From positions 1 through 63,604 of IMG/VR virus record IMGVR_UViG_3300033550_000003: a stretch of 63,604 nt of DNA; one strand, 5' to 3'. This document shows, one piece after another, positions 18,071 to 24,993 of the stretch. The notes under the pieces are model-generated. The model searched no databases, was not told where the DNA came from, and saw nothing but the letters and a program-made list of their open reading frames with translations. Positions within the stretch are counted from its first letter, which is position 1. Every line of letters starts with the position of its first letter. This stretch comes from a virus (taxonomy: Duplodnaviria; Caudoviricetes). The position numbers and the translations under genes are program-made.

Positions 18071-18595
18071 TCAGCCGCGCGTCCGAACCGTCACGTCCAT
18101 GCCGAGAACGTGAGGGGAGCCGCAAGAGCAGTGCGACAGCGAGTAACCGCACTTGCACGCCTCGTTCTCACCGAGCATGATCCGCTTGTCACCGAAGTAA
18201 GCGATGTACTCCGTACGCTTCGAACGCGTCCGGGGGGCGGTCGGACGGATGTCCTTACCGATGACACGGATGTGCTCGCGCGTCTCGGAGGGCTTGACCT
18301 CCGGGTTCGCCTTACGGTACGCCTCCAGAATCTCACCCGAGAGACGGCCACGCTCGTTCACCGGCATGCCGACCGACTTGGCCCAGTTACGAACCGTACG
18401 GGCGTCGAACGCACCGGCCTTGACCGTGACAGTCTTGGCCTTGACGGAACGCTCCTTTGCGGCAGCCGAATCCGTGAACACCATGCCCATGGACTCCATC
18501 TCGGCGATCTTCTCCAGAGCGGCAGCGGAGAGACGACCCCGACCGTCCGCCTTGGCCAGACCGAGGGAAGCGGCGTACTCACGGCGAGTGGTCAT
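18071..18595 (-). CDS. lsr2: Lsr2-like DNA-binding protein with two RGR AT-hook domains
   Basis: VRNWAKSVGMPVNERGRLSGEILEAYR matches Lsr2 C-terminal DBD; N-terminal RREYAASLGLAKADGRGRLS repeat; C-terminal C.CG....HC.C. Confidence 0.8.
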   Translation of the reverse strand: MTTRREYAASLGLAKADGRGRLSAAALEKIAEMESMGMVFTDSAAAKERSVKAKTVTVKAGAFDARTVRNWAKSVGMPVNERGRLSGEILEAYRKANPEVKPSETREHIRVIGKDIRPTAPRTRSKRTEYIAYFGDKRIMLGENEACKCGYSLSHCSCGSPHVLGMDVTVRTRG

Positions 18596-18623
18596 TTTGA
18601 AGCCTTTCGTTTGGGTGTGAGTT

Positions 18624-18654
18624 CAGTCTACTCTAGCCAGTAGGCAGAGTCAAG
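18624..18654 (-). promoter_or_regulatory. additional early promoter without palindromes
   Basis: TTGACT-N17-TAGACT. Confidence 0.7.
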
Positions 18655-18693
18655 GTGGTGATCGGGGGCTTTTCCTCCCCCGTTCATGTTCTA

Positions 18694-18775
18694 AGTCTAC
18701 GCGTCTCAGAGGGGAATGTCGAAAATACGTGTAGCCTACATCTTGTGCGCCGGGCGCACGCGCCCCGAAGGGCGC
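18694..18775 (-). promoter_or_regulatory. composite cassette element 4
   Basis: TCGACA-N17-TAGACT; ACGTGTA-gcc-TACATCT; TGCGCCGGGCGCA 18746-58; hairpin. Confidence 0.85.
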
Positions 18776-18779
18776 TGCG

Positions 18780-19517
18780 TTAGGACCTCCTACGCTTAGA
18801 AACCTTTGAAGAGAATCGGATGTCAGCCTTACCGAAAACACAAAGGCCGCAGGAAAGGCAGGCACCCCCATTCTCAGTGATCAGCGGAATGCGCTTGGCA
18901 TTCTCAGGGCAGATAGCGCCAGGCTTGCCAGTCTCAGCAAGCATGAACTCCTTTCCCTTATCGAACGAATCCGAAAGGTAAGCCATGCGAACAGACGGAT
19001 ATTCCTTAGCCGTCTCGATTGCAGCTTCCTTGTTCTCATCGTCTACACTCAAATAGACTGAGAGATTGGGAATTCCGTAGATGAATCCCACGTATTCGAA
19101 AGATCGAGTGTAAATCCAGAATTGCACATCAGGAAAATCCTGACAGGTCAGTTCGATTGCCTCGGCGTAAGTCGCAGAGAAAATGTCACCGTCAGCGTGC
19201 CAACGGAACACCTTCGGAGCGTTCTTCTTTTCGCAGTCAGAGACAAAGTCTCCGATCATGTTGGAAAGAAGTTCGATCATCTCTGCGAGAGTGGCATTAC
19301 GCAGCAATTCCCAGTTGTGCAACACAAGGTTACGAACTCCGGGATACTGCCTTTCCAGCTTACCGGCATAGCAGACGGTCTCACAGACCGAAGTGGCACC
19401 AGGGCAGGAAAACGCCTTTCCACTCGGAAGGGAGAAAGCGTTTTTGATCAGGGGAGCATTCCCCTTGACGTTAGCCAGATTTGCAGTCTTGCGATCGGCA
19501 GTGCGCTTAAGCTGCAT
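18780..19517 (-). CDS. Gp88-like (Cys-rich, radical-SAM-like) phage protein
   Basis: FSLP...SCPGAT.VC..VCYA, FRWHADGD, FWIYTRS, NLSVYLSVD, CP...C..C.LC; RBS GGAGG. Confidence 0.75.
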   Translation of the reverse strand: MQLKRTADRKTANLANVKGNAPLIKNAFSLPSGKAFSCPGATSVCETVCYAGKLERQYPGVRNLVLHNWELLRNATLAEMIELLSNMIGDFVSDCEKKNAPKVFRWHADGDIFSATYAEAIELTCQDFPDVQFWIYTRSFEYVGFIYGIPNLSVYLSVDDENKEAAIETAKEYPSVRMAYLSDSFDKGKEFMLAETGKPGAICPENAKRIPLITENGGACLSCGLCVFGKADIRFSSKVSKRRRS

Positions 19518-19815
19518 TACGTTCCTCCGAACGACTGTAGGGCAGTTCCTTGTTTCGAACAATGGTGGCAAGGGGGACGGCATTGATCGTTTTGTGTCCC
19601 AGAATCCAAGCCATGACGACACGGTGCTGTCCGTTGTAGACACAGCCATTCTGGAAATTGATCGGCTCCCGAATACCATCACGCTCACAGGAAATGATGA
19701 ACTCGTCGCTCATTTCCTCGAAAAGCCGAGTGAAGAGATCCATAGTCGATTCACCGTCCTCGCGGTCGGCAAAGTCAGCCATGGCAACGATCTTCGCAAC
19801 ACTCAGCTTCTTCAT
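19507..19815 (-). CDS. ParB/Srx-like N-terminal domain protein (leaderless)
   Basis: GIREPI....VYNGQHRV..AWILG; ATG 6 nt after TAGACT. Confidence 0.7.
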   Translation of the reverse strand: MKKLSVAKIVAMADFADREDGESTMDLFTRLFEEMSDEFIISCERDGIREPINFQNGCVYNGQHRVVMAWILGHKTINAVPLATIVRNKELPYSRSEERNAA

Positions 19816-19821
19816 GGGTTC

Positions 19822-19897
19822 AGTCTACAGGGTTGGGGAGACATGTACAAGAATAGATGTACGTTGAATCTTTTGCGCCGGGCGCACCCGAAGGTGC
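19822..19897 (-). promoter_or_regulatory. composite cassette element 5
   Basis: TTGTAC-N17-TAGACT; AGATGTA-cgt-TGAATCT; TGCGCCGGGCGCA 19874-86. Confidence 0.85.
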
Positions 19898-19987
19898 TCA
19901 CCGCCTCAGCATAGAAATGTAAGAGAGAACGAGGACGGCAAGAAGGAGGATGCCGCAAACGATGTCCCAGAAAGTTTCAGAAGTCAT
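19898..19987 (-). CDS. 29-aa membrane peptide
   Basis: MTSETFWDIVCGILLLAVLVLSYISMLRR; RBS GGAG. Confidence 0.45.
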   Translation of the reverse strand: MTSETFWDIVCGILLLAVLVLSYISMLRR

Positions 19988-20061
19988 TTCACTCCAGCCA
20001 GAGAAGGAAAAAAAGAAAGACGACGATACCCGAAAGAGATTTGATCAGAAACCATTGGAAT

Positions 20062-20226
20062 CTAACCATCTTCACCTCTGTACTTGTTTCGTCGCCTATA
20101 AGCCTTTTTGCTTCGATGCTTAGCAGAAGCATTAGACCTTCGAAGACCCATAATGTGTTCCATCTGCTCAGCAGACCAAACAATAGGTCTCTTCTTGTTT
20201 CGATTACCTTTCTTCTTTTTACCCAT
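20062..20226 (-). CDS. 54-aa highly basic protein
   Basis: MGKKKKGNRNKKRPIVWSAEQMEHIMGLRRSNASAKHRSKKAYRRRNKYRGEDG; RBS GAGG; not in ORF track. Confidence 0.6.
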   Translation of the reverse strand: MGKKKKGNRNKKRPIVWSAEQMEHIMGLRRSNASAKHRSKKAYRRRNKYRGEDG

Positions 20227-20539
20227 ACATTTGCCTCTTTCGGCTTTCCGGCCAACCCTGATTCACCAAGTATTCCTCAGGGCTGTCATTGAAGTTTTCC
20301 ACGAATTCCAAGTATTCGATTCCCAGAAGCCATGCTACCAGAATGCGGTGGTGACCGTTGTAAACAGTGTTTTCATCAGGAGAATAAACAATGGCCCCCT
20401 TCACACCATTCTCTTCTACGGATTCGATGAATTCGTCAGAAAGCTCTTCGAATTTCTTTTCCCACATTCCTTCAATCGTGTCACGAAACTGATCGTTGAA
20501 GGTAGCGTTCTCCATCAGGTACGAAACGGAAATGCGCAT
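20219..20539 (-). CDS. ParB/Srx-like domain protein (paralog of 19507..19815)
   Basis: FEELSDEFIESVEENGVKGAI...VYNGHHRILVAWLLG; RBS AAGGAGG. Confidence 0.75.
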   Translation of the reverse strand: MRISVSYLMENATFNDQFRDTIEGMWEKKFEELSDEFIESVEENGVKGAIVYSPDENTVYNGHHRILVAWLLGIEYLEFVENFNDSPEEYLVNQGWPESRKRQMYG

Positions 20540-20559
20540 GGGTCCTCCTTGTTTCTCTG

Positions 20560-20650
20560 AGTCTACACCAGATGGGATAGATATTTCAAGGATAGATGTA
20601 TGTGACATCTTGTGCGCCGGGCGCACGAAAGCCCCTCCGAAGAGGGGCTT
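20560..20650 (-). promoter_or_regulatory. composite cassette element 6
   Basis: TTGAAA-N18-TAGACT; AGATGTA-tgt-GACATCT; TGCGCCGGGCGCA 20613-25; terminator. Confidence 0.85.
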
Positions 20651-20663
20651 GTGCCTGATGTGA

Positions 20664-20930
20664 TCAGTCGGTGGCCTTGGAGCTTTCGAGCTTCGGACGC
20701 CGGAGCATCTGAGCGTCAGCCTCCTGGTACTCCTTACCGACGATCACACCGCCCACGATCACCTTGTACCGCCGAAGGATGTCACGAGCGCCGAACTCGT
20801 CCGACAGAACGTCGATCCGCTGGAACTTGTTCCGCGAGTCAGTCTTGCCGAACTCGATGTCGACACCGAGGATGCACGCGGCCGTGCGAAGGGCGAGGGA
20901 GTAGCGAACGGGAACCATGCCAGAGATCAT
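20664..20930 (-). CDS. hypothetical protein
   Basis: RBS GAGGA; promoter TTGACT-N17-TAGACT at about 21043-21072. Confidence 0.65.
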   Translation of the reverse strand: MISGMVPVRYSLALRTAACILGVDIEFGKTDSRNKFQRIDVLSDEFGARDILRRYKVIVGGVIVGKEYQEADAQMLRRPKLESSKATD

Positions 20931-21058
20931 GCTGTGTCCTCACGTAGATGTGTACAGATGTATTCAGTTATCAGAGACTTTGGCAGGAAGGGAAAAATCT
21001 CGTAGAGCGAGACCCCAGTGGCCTGTCCCCTTGTGCATGTTCAGTCTACAGGGTTGAC

Positions 21059-21238
21059 TTACTCGCAGTCAACCAGGATCTCCGGCTCGTCCGTCGTCCA
21101 GTCGTCCACGACGATTCCGCGCCGGATCACACCAGCGGTGGAGAACCGAACGACCTGCTTGGCCAGCGCCTCAGCCTGGAGAGCGTCGAACTCGTCCTCG
21201 GAGATGACCTTGTAACCCTTGGGGATGTTCACGTTCAT
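21059..21238 (-). CDS. hypothetical protein (59 aa)
   Basis: RBS GAGGAG before ATG 21238. Confidence 0.65.
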   Translation of the reverse strand: MNVNIPKGYKVISEDEFDALQAEALAKQVVRFSTAGVIRRGIVVDDWTTDEPEILVDCE

Positions 21239-21284
21239 GTTGATCTCCTCTCTTGGGGAGGTTTCCCTCCCTTTCGATATCCTA

Positions 21285-21365
21285 AGTCTACAGGTTGGAT
21301 GAGACAGTTGCAAGTTATCGATGCACACTACATCTAGTGCGCCGGGCGCAAGGCCCCGAAGGGCC
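21285..21365 (-). promoter_or_regulatory. composite cassette element 7
   Basis: TTGCAA-N17-TAGACT; CGATGCA-cac-TACATCT; TGCGCCGGGCGCA 21338-50. Confidence 0.85.
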
Positions 21366-21371
21366 AAGGCT

Positions 21372-21617
21372 CTAGAACAGATCCATGATGCTATTCTCAC
21401 AGACCTTACGGATGGGCTCATCGTTCGAGTGGTCCACCAGCTTGATTCCCGATTCGACCAGGAATCGCTTCCTGTCGAAACGAGGGTTCTGCTCGGTGAA
21501 GATGTTGGCGAACTGCGTAGTGATCAGCTCGTGAGCCGTACCCTCGGCAAACATGCCGAGAATCTTGGACTCGTTGAGCGTCTTCGCGATGGCCTCGACC
21601 ATTTCACGGTGGTTCAT
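21372..21617 (-). CDS. hypothetical protein (NPRFD..RF motif)
   Basis: Single-gene cassette; RBS GAGG. Confidence 0.7.
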   Translation of the reverse strand: MNHREMVEAIAKTLNESKILGMFAEGTAHELITTQFANIFTEQNPRFDRKRFLVESGIKLVDHSNDEPIRKVCENSIMDLF

Positions 21618-21643
21618 TATTGTTCCTCTCTCTCGATGGTCTA

Positions 21644-21732
21644 ACTCTACAGGAGTGTTGTAGAGGATGCAAGACTAGATGTATCCTGCACTTTGTGCGC
21701 CAGGCGCACGAAAGGGCCCCGAAGGGCCCTTT
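21644..21732 (-). promoter_or_regulatory. composite cassette element 8
   Basis: TTGCAT-N17-TAGAGT; AGATGTA-tcc-TGCACTT; TGCGCC-A-GGCGCA 21696-708; terminator. Confidence 0.85.
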
Positions 21733-21741
21733 GTGGGAAGA

Positions 21742-22017
21742 TTACTTCTTGGCGGCGCGCTTGTTGCTGTGGTTGCCGTTCATCAGGTTGCTGATGTCGA
21801 GCATGATGTTCTGACGGAAGTTGGTCGCACCGTGGAACTTGCCGTTCTGGTCACGGACGACGACACGGACCTCCGTGGACTTGCTGCCGGGGGTGGTGTG
21901 CCAGGTCTCCAGACGGATGGAGAAGACGGACTTGGAGCCGGTGATCTTGATGCCCTCGACGAGCGCGACGGAGGAGACGATGTTCTTGTCGGAAGCCTTG
22001 GCAAGGGTGACCGTCAT
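21742..22017 (-). CDS. hypothetical protein
   Basis: RBS GGGAG before ATG 22017; single-gene cassette. Confidence 0.7.
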   Translation of the reverse strand: MTVTLAKASDKNIVSSVALVEGIKITGSKSVFSIRLETWHTTPGSKSTEVRVVVRDQNGKFHGATNFRQNIMLDISNLMNGNHSNKRAAKK

Positions 22018-22069
22018 GAAAACTCCCAGTGTCTTAGGTTGGGGGTTGTTCCCCCTTCCTTGTGTTCTA

Positions 22070-22150
22070 AGTCTACACGTGAGGCCCGACACTGACAAGA
22101 ATACGTGTAGTGTGAATCTAGTGCGCCGGGCGCAAGGCCCCGAAGGGCCC
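22070..22150 (-). promoter_or_regulatory. composite cassette element 9
   Basis: TTGTCA-N17-TAGACT; ACGTGTA-gtg-TGAATCT; TGCGCCGGGCGCA 22122-34. Confidence 0.85.
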
Positions 22151-22155
22151 GCACG

Positions 22156-22437
22156 CTAGCTCCTCTCAGCCTCAACCTTGCGAATGTGGTTCAGGTCTTC
22201 GATCGTACGAGAGATCGTGCGAAGGGTGAACAGAGCCTCACTCGCGGTGAAGCCCAGGTATCCATCCCGAGTTCCCGGAGCGTTGCTGCCGTTGTTGTAG
22301 CTGATGCGGTAGGCAACACCCTGCGTGGAAGAGCCACGCTGCATCTTGAGAGTGGCCATGGACACGCCCAGAGACTCCCACGCGTCGGCGTAGTTCTTGA
22401 GTCCGGCGAAAAGCTCTTCCCGAGAAACGCGAGCCAT
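22156..22437 (-). CDS. hypothetical protein
   Basis: RBS AGGAGAGG; single-gene cassette. Confidence 0.7.
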   Translation of the reverse strand: MARVSREELFAGLKNYADAWESLGVSMATLKMQRGSSTQGVAYRISYNNGSNAPGTRDGYLGFTASEALFTLRTISRTIEDLNHIRKVEAERS

Positions 22438-22465
22438 GGTGTTTCCTCTCCTTGTTGGTAAGACC

Positions 22466-22553
22466 AGTCTACACAAGAGGGGAGGATCGCACAATAATAG
22501 ATGCACAATACATCCTCTGCGCTGGGCGCAAAAAGGGCCCCGAAGGGCCCTTT
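22466..22553 (-). promoter_or_regulatory. composite cassette element 10
   Basis: TTGTGC-N17-TAGACT; AGATGCA-caa-TACATCC; TGCGCTGGGCGCA 22518-30; terminator. Confidence 0.82.
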
Positions 22554-22556
22554 CAA

Positions 22557-22841
22557 TTACAGCGAGTTGACCATCATGATCAGCGGGTGGATGTCAACTT
22601 CTTCCAGCCATCCCCACGGACCCTCTTCACCACGGAACATCACCTCGTGGTTGATGTTGTCACCACTCTTGACAGCCGCCTCGATCCCGTAGGTGCCGTA
22701 GGCACGAACGATGGAAAGACGATGTCCGTTGGGGAAGTCCACATAGAAGTGGATTCCCGTTCCGTCCTCACCGTGACGGGGACCATGGCTCACCTTGATT
22801 CCGGTGTGGATGCTGGAGGTGATCATCTCAATGCCGAACAT
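22557..22841 (-). CDS. hypothetical protein
   Basis: FPNGHRLSIVR..GTYG.E motif; single-gene cassette. Confidence 0.7.
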   Translation of the reverse strand: MFGIEMITSSIHTGIKVSHGPRHGEDGTGIHFYVDFPNGHRLSIVRAYGTYGIEAAVKSGDNINHEVMFRGEEGPWGWLEEVDIHPLIMMVNSL

Positions 22842-22867
22842 GTGACTTCCTCTCTGTTGGTTGTTTC

Positions 22868-22944
22868 AGTCTAATGCATCATGCTGATATGAGCAAGGAA
22901 GAATGTAATCTACATCTTGTGCGCCGGGCGCGCCCGAAGGCGCC
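22868..22944 (-). promoter_or_regulatory. composite cassette element 11
   Basis: TTGCTC-N17-TAGACT; GAATGTA-atc-TACATCT; TGCGCCGGGCGC 22920-31. Confidence 0.82.
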
Positions 22945-22948
22945 CCCT

Positions 22949-23236
22949 CTAACACCAGGGGGAGTAGTCGGACCAGTCCGAACCCATCTTGTCCTCGATG
23001 TGCACTCGGTACTCACCACGCGAGTTCACCGACCAGATGGGCTTACGACCCTCGTTGGAAAACTCTCCGTTTTCCAGCTTCTCACGCAGCTTCTCAGCCT
23101 TCTTGCGCGAACGACGGGACTGACCCTTGAAGCCGTAGGAAACCTGGATCTCTCCGTAGTTGTAGTACCATCCGCCCTCTTCCGGGCCACCGTACGCACG
23201 GTCGACAAGGTACACGTTGACGAAGGTGTCGGCCAT
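22949..23236 (-). CDS. hypothetical protein (YGGPEEGGWYY motif family)
   Basis: VNVYLVDRAYGGPEEGGWYYNYG; single-gene cassette. Confidence 0.72.
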   Translation of the reverse strand: MADTFVNVYLVDRAYGGPEEGGWYYNYGEIQVSYGFKGQSRRSRKKAEKLREKLENGEFSNEGRKPIWSVNSRGEYRVHIEDKMGSDWSDYSPWC

Positions 23237-23268
23237 TTTCTTAGTCCTTCCGTCGATTTCTTAGTCTG

Positions 23269-23374
23269 AGTCTACACGAACAGATTCTTAGTCGCAACCC
23301 CTGTTGAGTGATATTTTAGTCTGTTAGTTGTAGTAAGCACTTTGTGCGCCGGGCGCACGCGCCCCGAAGGGCGC
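23269..23374 (-). promoter_or_regulatory. composite cassette element 12 (about 25-bp extra spacer, TTAGTC repeats)
   Basis: TTGCGA-N17-TAGACT; AGTTGTA-gta-AGCACTT 23326-42; TGCGCCGGGCGCA 23345-57. Confidence 0.8.
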
Positions 23375-23381
23375 TGCACCA

Positions 23382-23678
23382 CTAGCGAGAGACGACAGCC
23401 TTGAACCGTCCGTTCTCACGGATGACGTACTTCGGACCGTTCTTCCAGTCTTCCGTGGTCATCGAGAGAGCCGTCGAACCGTTGACGTAGAATTCGCTGC
23501 TCGCCTTGTTTACGAACTTCTTGAGACGCAGCATGTTTACATACGTCTCCTTGTCGTTGCTACGAGCAGCCTTGCGAAGGTTGTACTGAATGTCCGACTT
23601 CGAGTTGGAGATGGAGAAGATAACGTTCTTGCTGTCCTTCATGAAGCCACAGACTCGCACGTACTTCGGCATTTTCAC
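23382..23678 (-). CDS. hypothetical basic protein
   Basis: RBS AGGAG; single-gene cassette. Confidence 0.7.
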   Translation of the reverse strand: MKMPKYVRVCGFMKDSKNVIFSISNSKSDIQYNLRKAARSNDKETYVNMLRLKKFVNKASSEFYVNGSTALSMTTEDWKNGPKYVIRENGRFKAVVSR

Positions 23679-23697
23679 TCCCTGAGTTGGTAGTCAT

Positions 23698-23762
23698 AGA
23701 CTACAGGATGATCTAGAGAGTGACAAGAATAGGTGTACCGTGCATCTTGTGCGCCGGGCGCA
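23698..23762 (-). promoter_or_regulatory. composite cassette element 13
   Basis: TTGTCA-N17-TAGTCT; AGGTGTA-ccg-TGCATCT; TGCGCCGGGCGCA 23750-62. Confidence 0.85.
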
Positions 23763-24044
23763 ATATTACACCCCCGCCTCAGGGCCTAATTGGCTCCCAG
23801 GACGGGGGTGCGTTTTATCTCCATATTTTTATGTTTTATGATCTTTCCGCAGGTCAGGTCGCCTTATTCGCCTGCAAAACCTTACGAAAAGTTGGATTAT
23901 GCTCTATCTTTTGTGCTAGGCCCAACACTCATGTTTATCTATTTTTGAACACTATTTGGCTATTATTTAGATGTTTTCAAATGATATTGCCCCTTATCCT
24001 GAACTTTTTCTCCAGGCATTCGGGCAACCGATCACCTTGCTAGA

Positions 24045-24179
24045 TCAGAAAGACTGACCAGCGTGGGGGTAAGCGTCGTCCTCGAACACGACGACACGCT
24101 CCGAGTCGGGCGTGAAGGAGTTGTCCTCCACGAAACCCTGCTCGATGTAGAAGGACATCAGGTCAGAAACCTCGAACAT
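24045..24179 (-). CDS. hypothetical protein (44 aa)
   Basis: MFEVSDLMSFYIEQG...; RBS GAAGGAAG; promoter TTGCAT-N17-TAGACT at about 24212-24240. Confidence 0.55.
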   Translation of the reverse strand: MFEVSDLMSFYIEQGFVEDNSFTPDSERVVVFEDDAYPHAGQSF

Positions 24180-24558
24180 TTTTGTACTTCCTTCCCTCTC
24201 GGTGTAAGTTCAGTCTACTGCAACGTCTGGGGAGATGCAAGCCCCATCGTAACTGCGCATGTGTCCCTTTTGTCCCAAAACGTCCGGAAATTTTCAGGTC
24301 CGATCGTACACGCGCAGGGGATTTGGGCGGTTTGTGAGGTTCGTTCTTAAAGGGGTCTTTGTACCAGTTTGGACCAGAATGTCCGATTTGCCCGATTTAA
24401 CATGATTTATGCGCATATACACCTATATGTATGGATATGTACGTATATAGGTTGGTATGTCAGGACATGCACCTATATGTCCGTTTTCTATCACATGTAC
24501 TGTATGTCCCATCTAGGACGTATGTGAACTATGTACCCACATGGGGCATAGGGTAGAA

Positions 24559-24594
24559 ATGTCCGTTTTGTCTTGAATGTCTGCGCCGGGCGCA
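24559..24594. repeat. right boundary copy: ATGTCCGTTTTGTC + TGCGCCGGGCGCA
   Basis: Same orientation and composition as the 14950-14977 copy. Confidence 0.75.
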
Positions 24595-24698
24595 AAGATA
24601 ACGGCTAGGTAACGGTCTGAGAATCTTGCCTATCTGGCGTTTGGGCCCTGATTCCCGGGGTATGATGTGGGTACAACATCGAGACAAGGGAGCGGGAC

Positions 24699-24893
24699 AT
24701 GGCGGCAACGGTGATCAACGGAAAGACCACTCGCTACGCGGACCGTCACGACATCGTGGTTATGGTGTTCGAGACCTACGGGGGATGGGACATTGAGAAC
24801 GAGTGGATCATGTCCACCGGGTGTGAGGTCTGGGAAATGGTCCGGGTGGTGGACGGCCTCACGGAGCGGGAAACGATCTACATCTGGGCCTAG
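24699..24893 (+). CDS. hypothetical protein
   Basis: RBS AAGGGAG; GC-rich codons. Confidence 0.65.
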   Translation: MAATVINGKTTRYADRHDIVVMVFETYGGWDIENEWIMSTGCEVWEMVRVVDGLTERETIYIWA

Positions 24894-24993
24894 GAAAAAA
24901 GCTAAAAAATCTTGGGGTTGGGGGGTTACGCACTCCCCACCCCGGGCATATAGTGAATACACAAGCTAGTTACTGACTCGGAGGACGAAGATC

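Noticed and set aside
19989-20255. 88-aa ORF from the supplied track
   Set aside because: The alternative frame 20062..20226 has a better RBS and coupling. Only the 3' hydrophobic part of this ORF might be a separate peptide.
16230-23762. Classical integron attC or Xer dif/pdif sites
   Set aside because: No GTTRRRY/RYYYAAC boxes, no convincing XerD arm (TTATGTTAAAT-like), and no integrase in the window. Cassettes also carry their own promoters. Recombination at the element remains only a hypothesis.
14966-24593. CRISPR array interpretation of the GCGCCGGGCGC repeats
   Set aside because: Intervals are 0.35-1.3 kb and contain whole genes with promoters; no uniform spacers and no cas genes.
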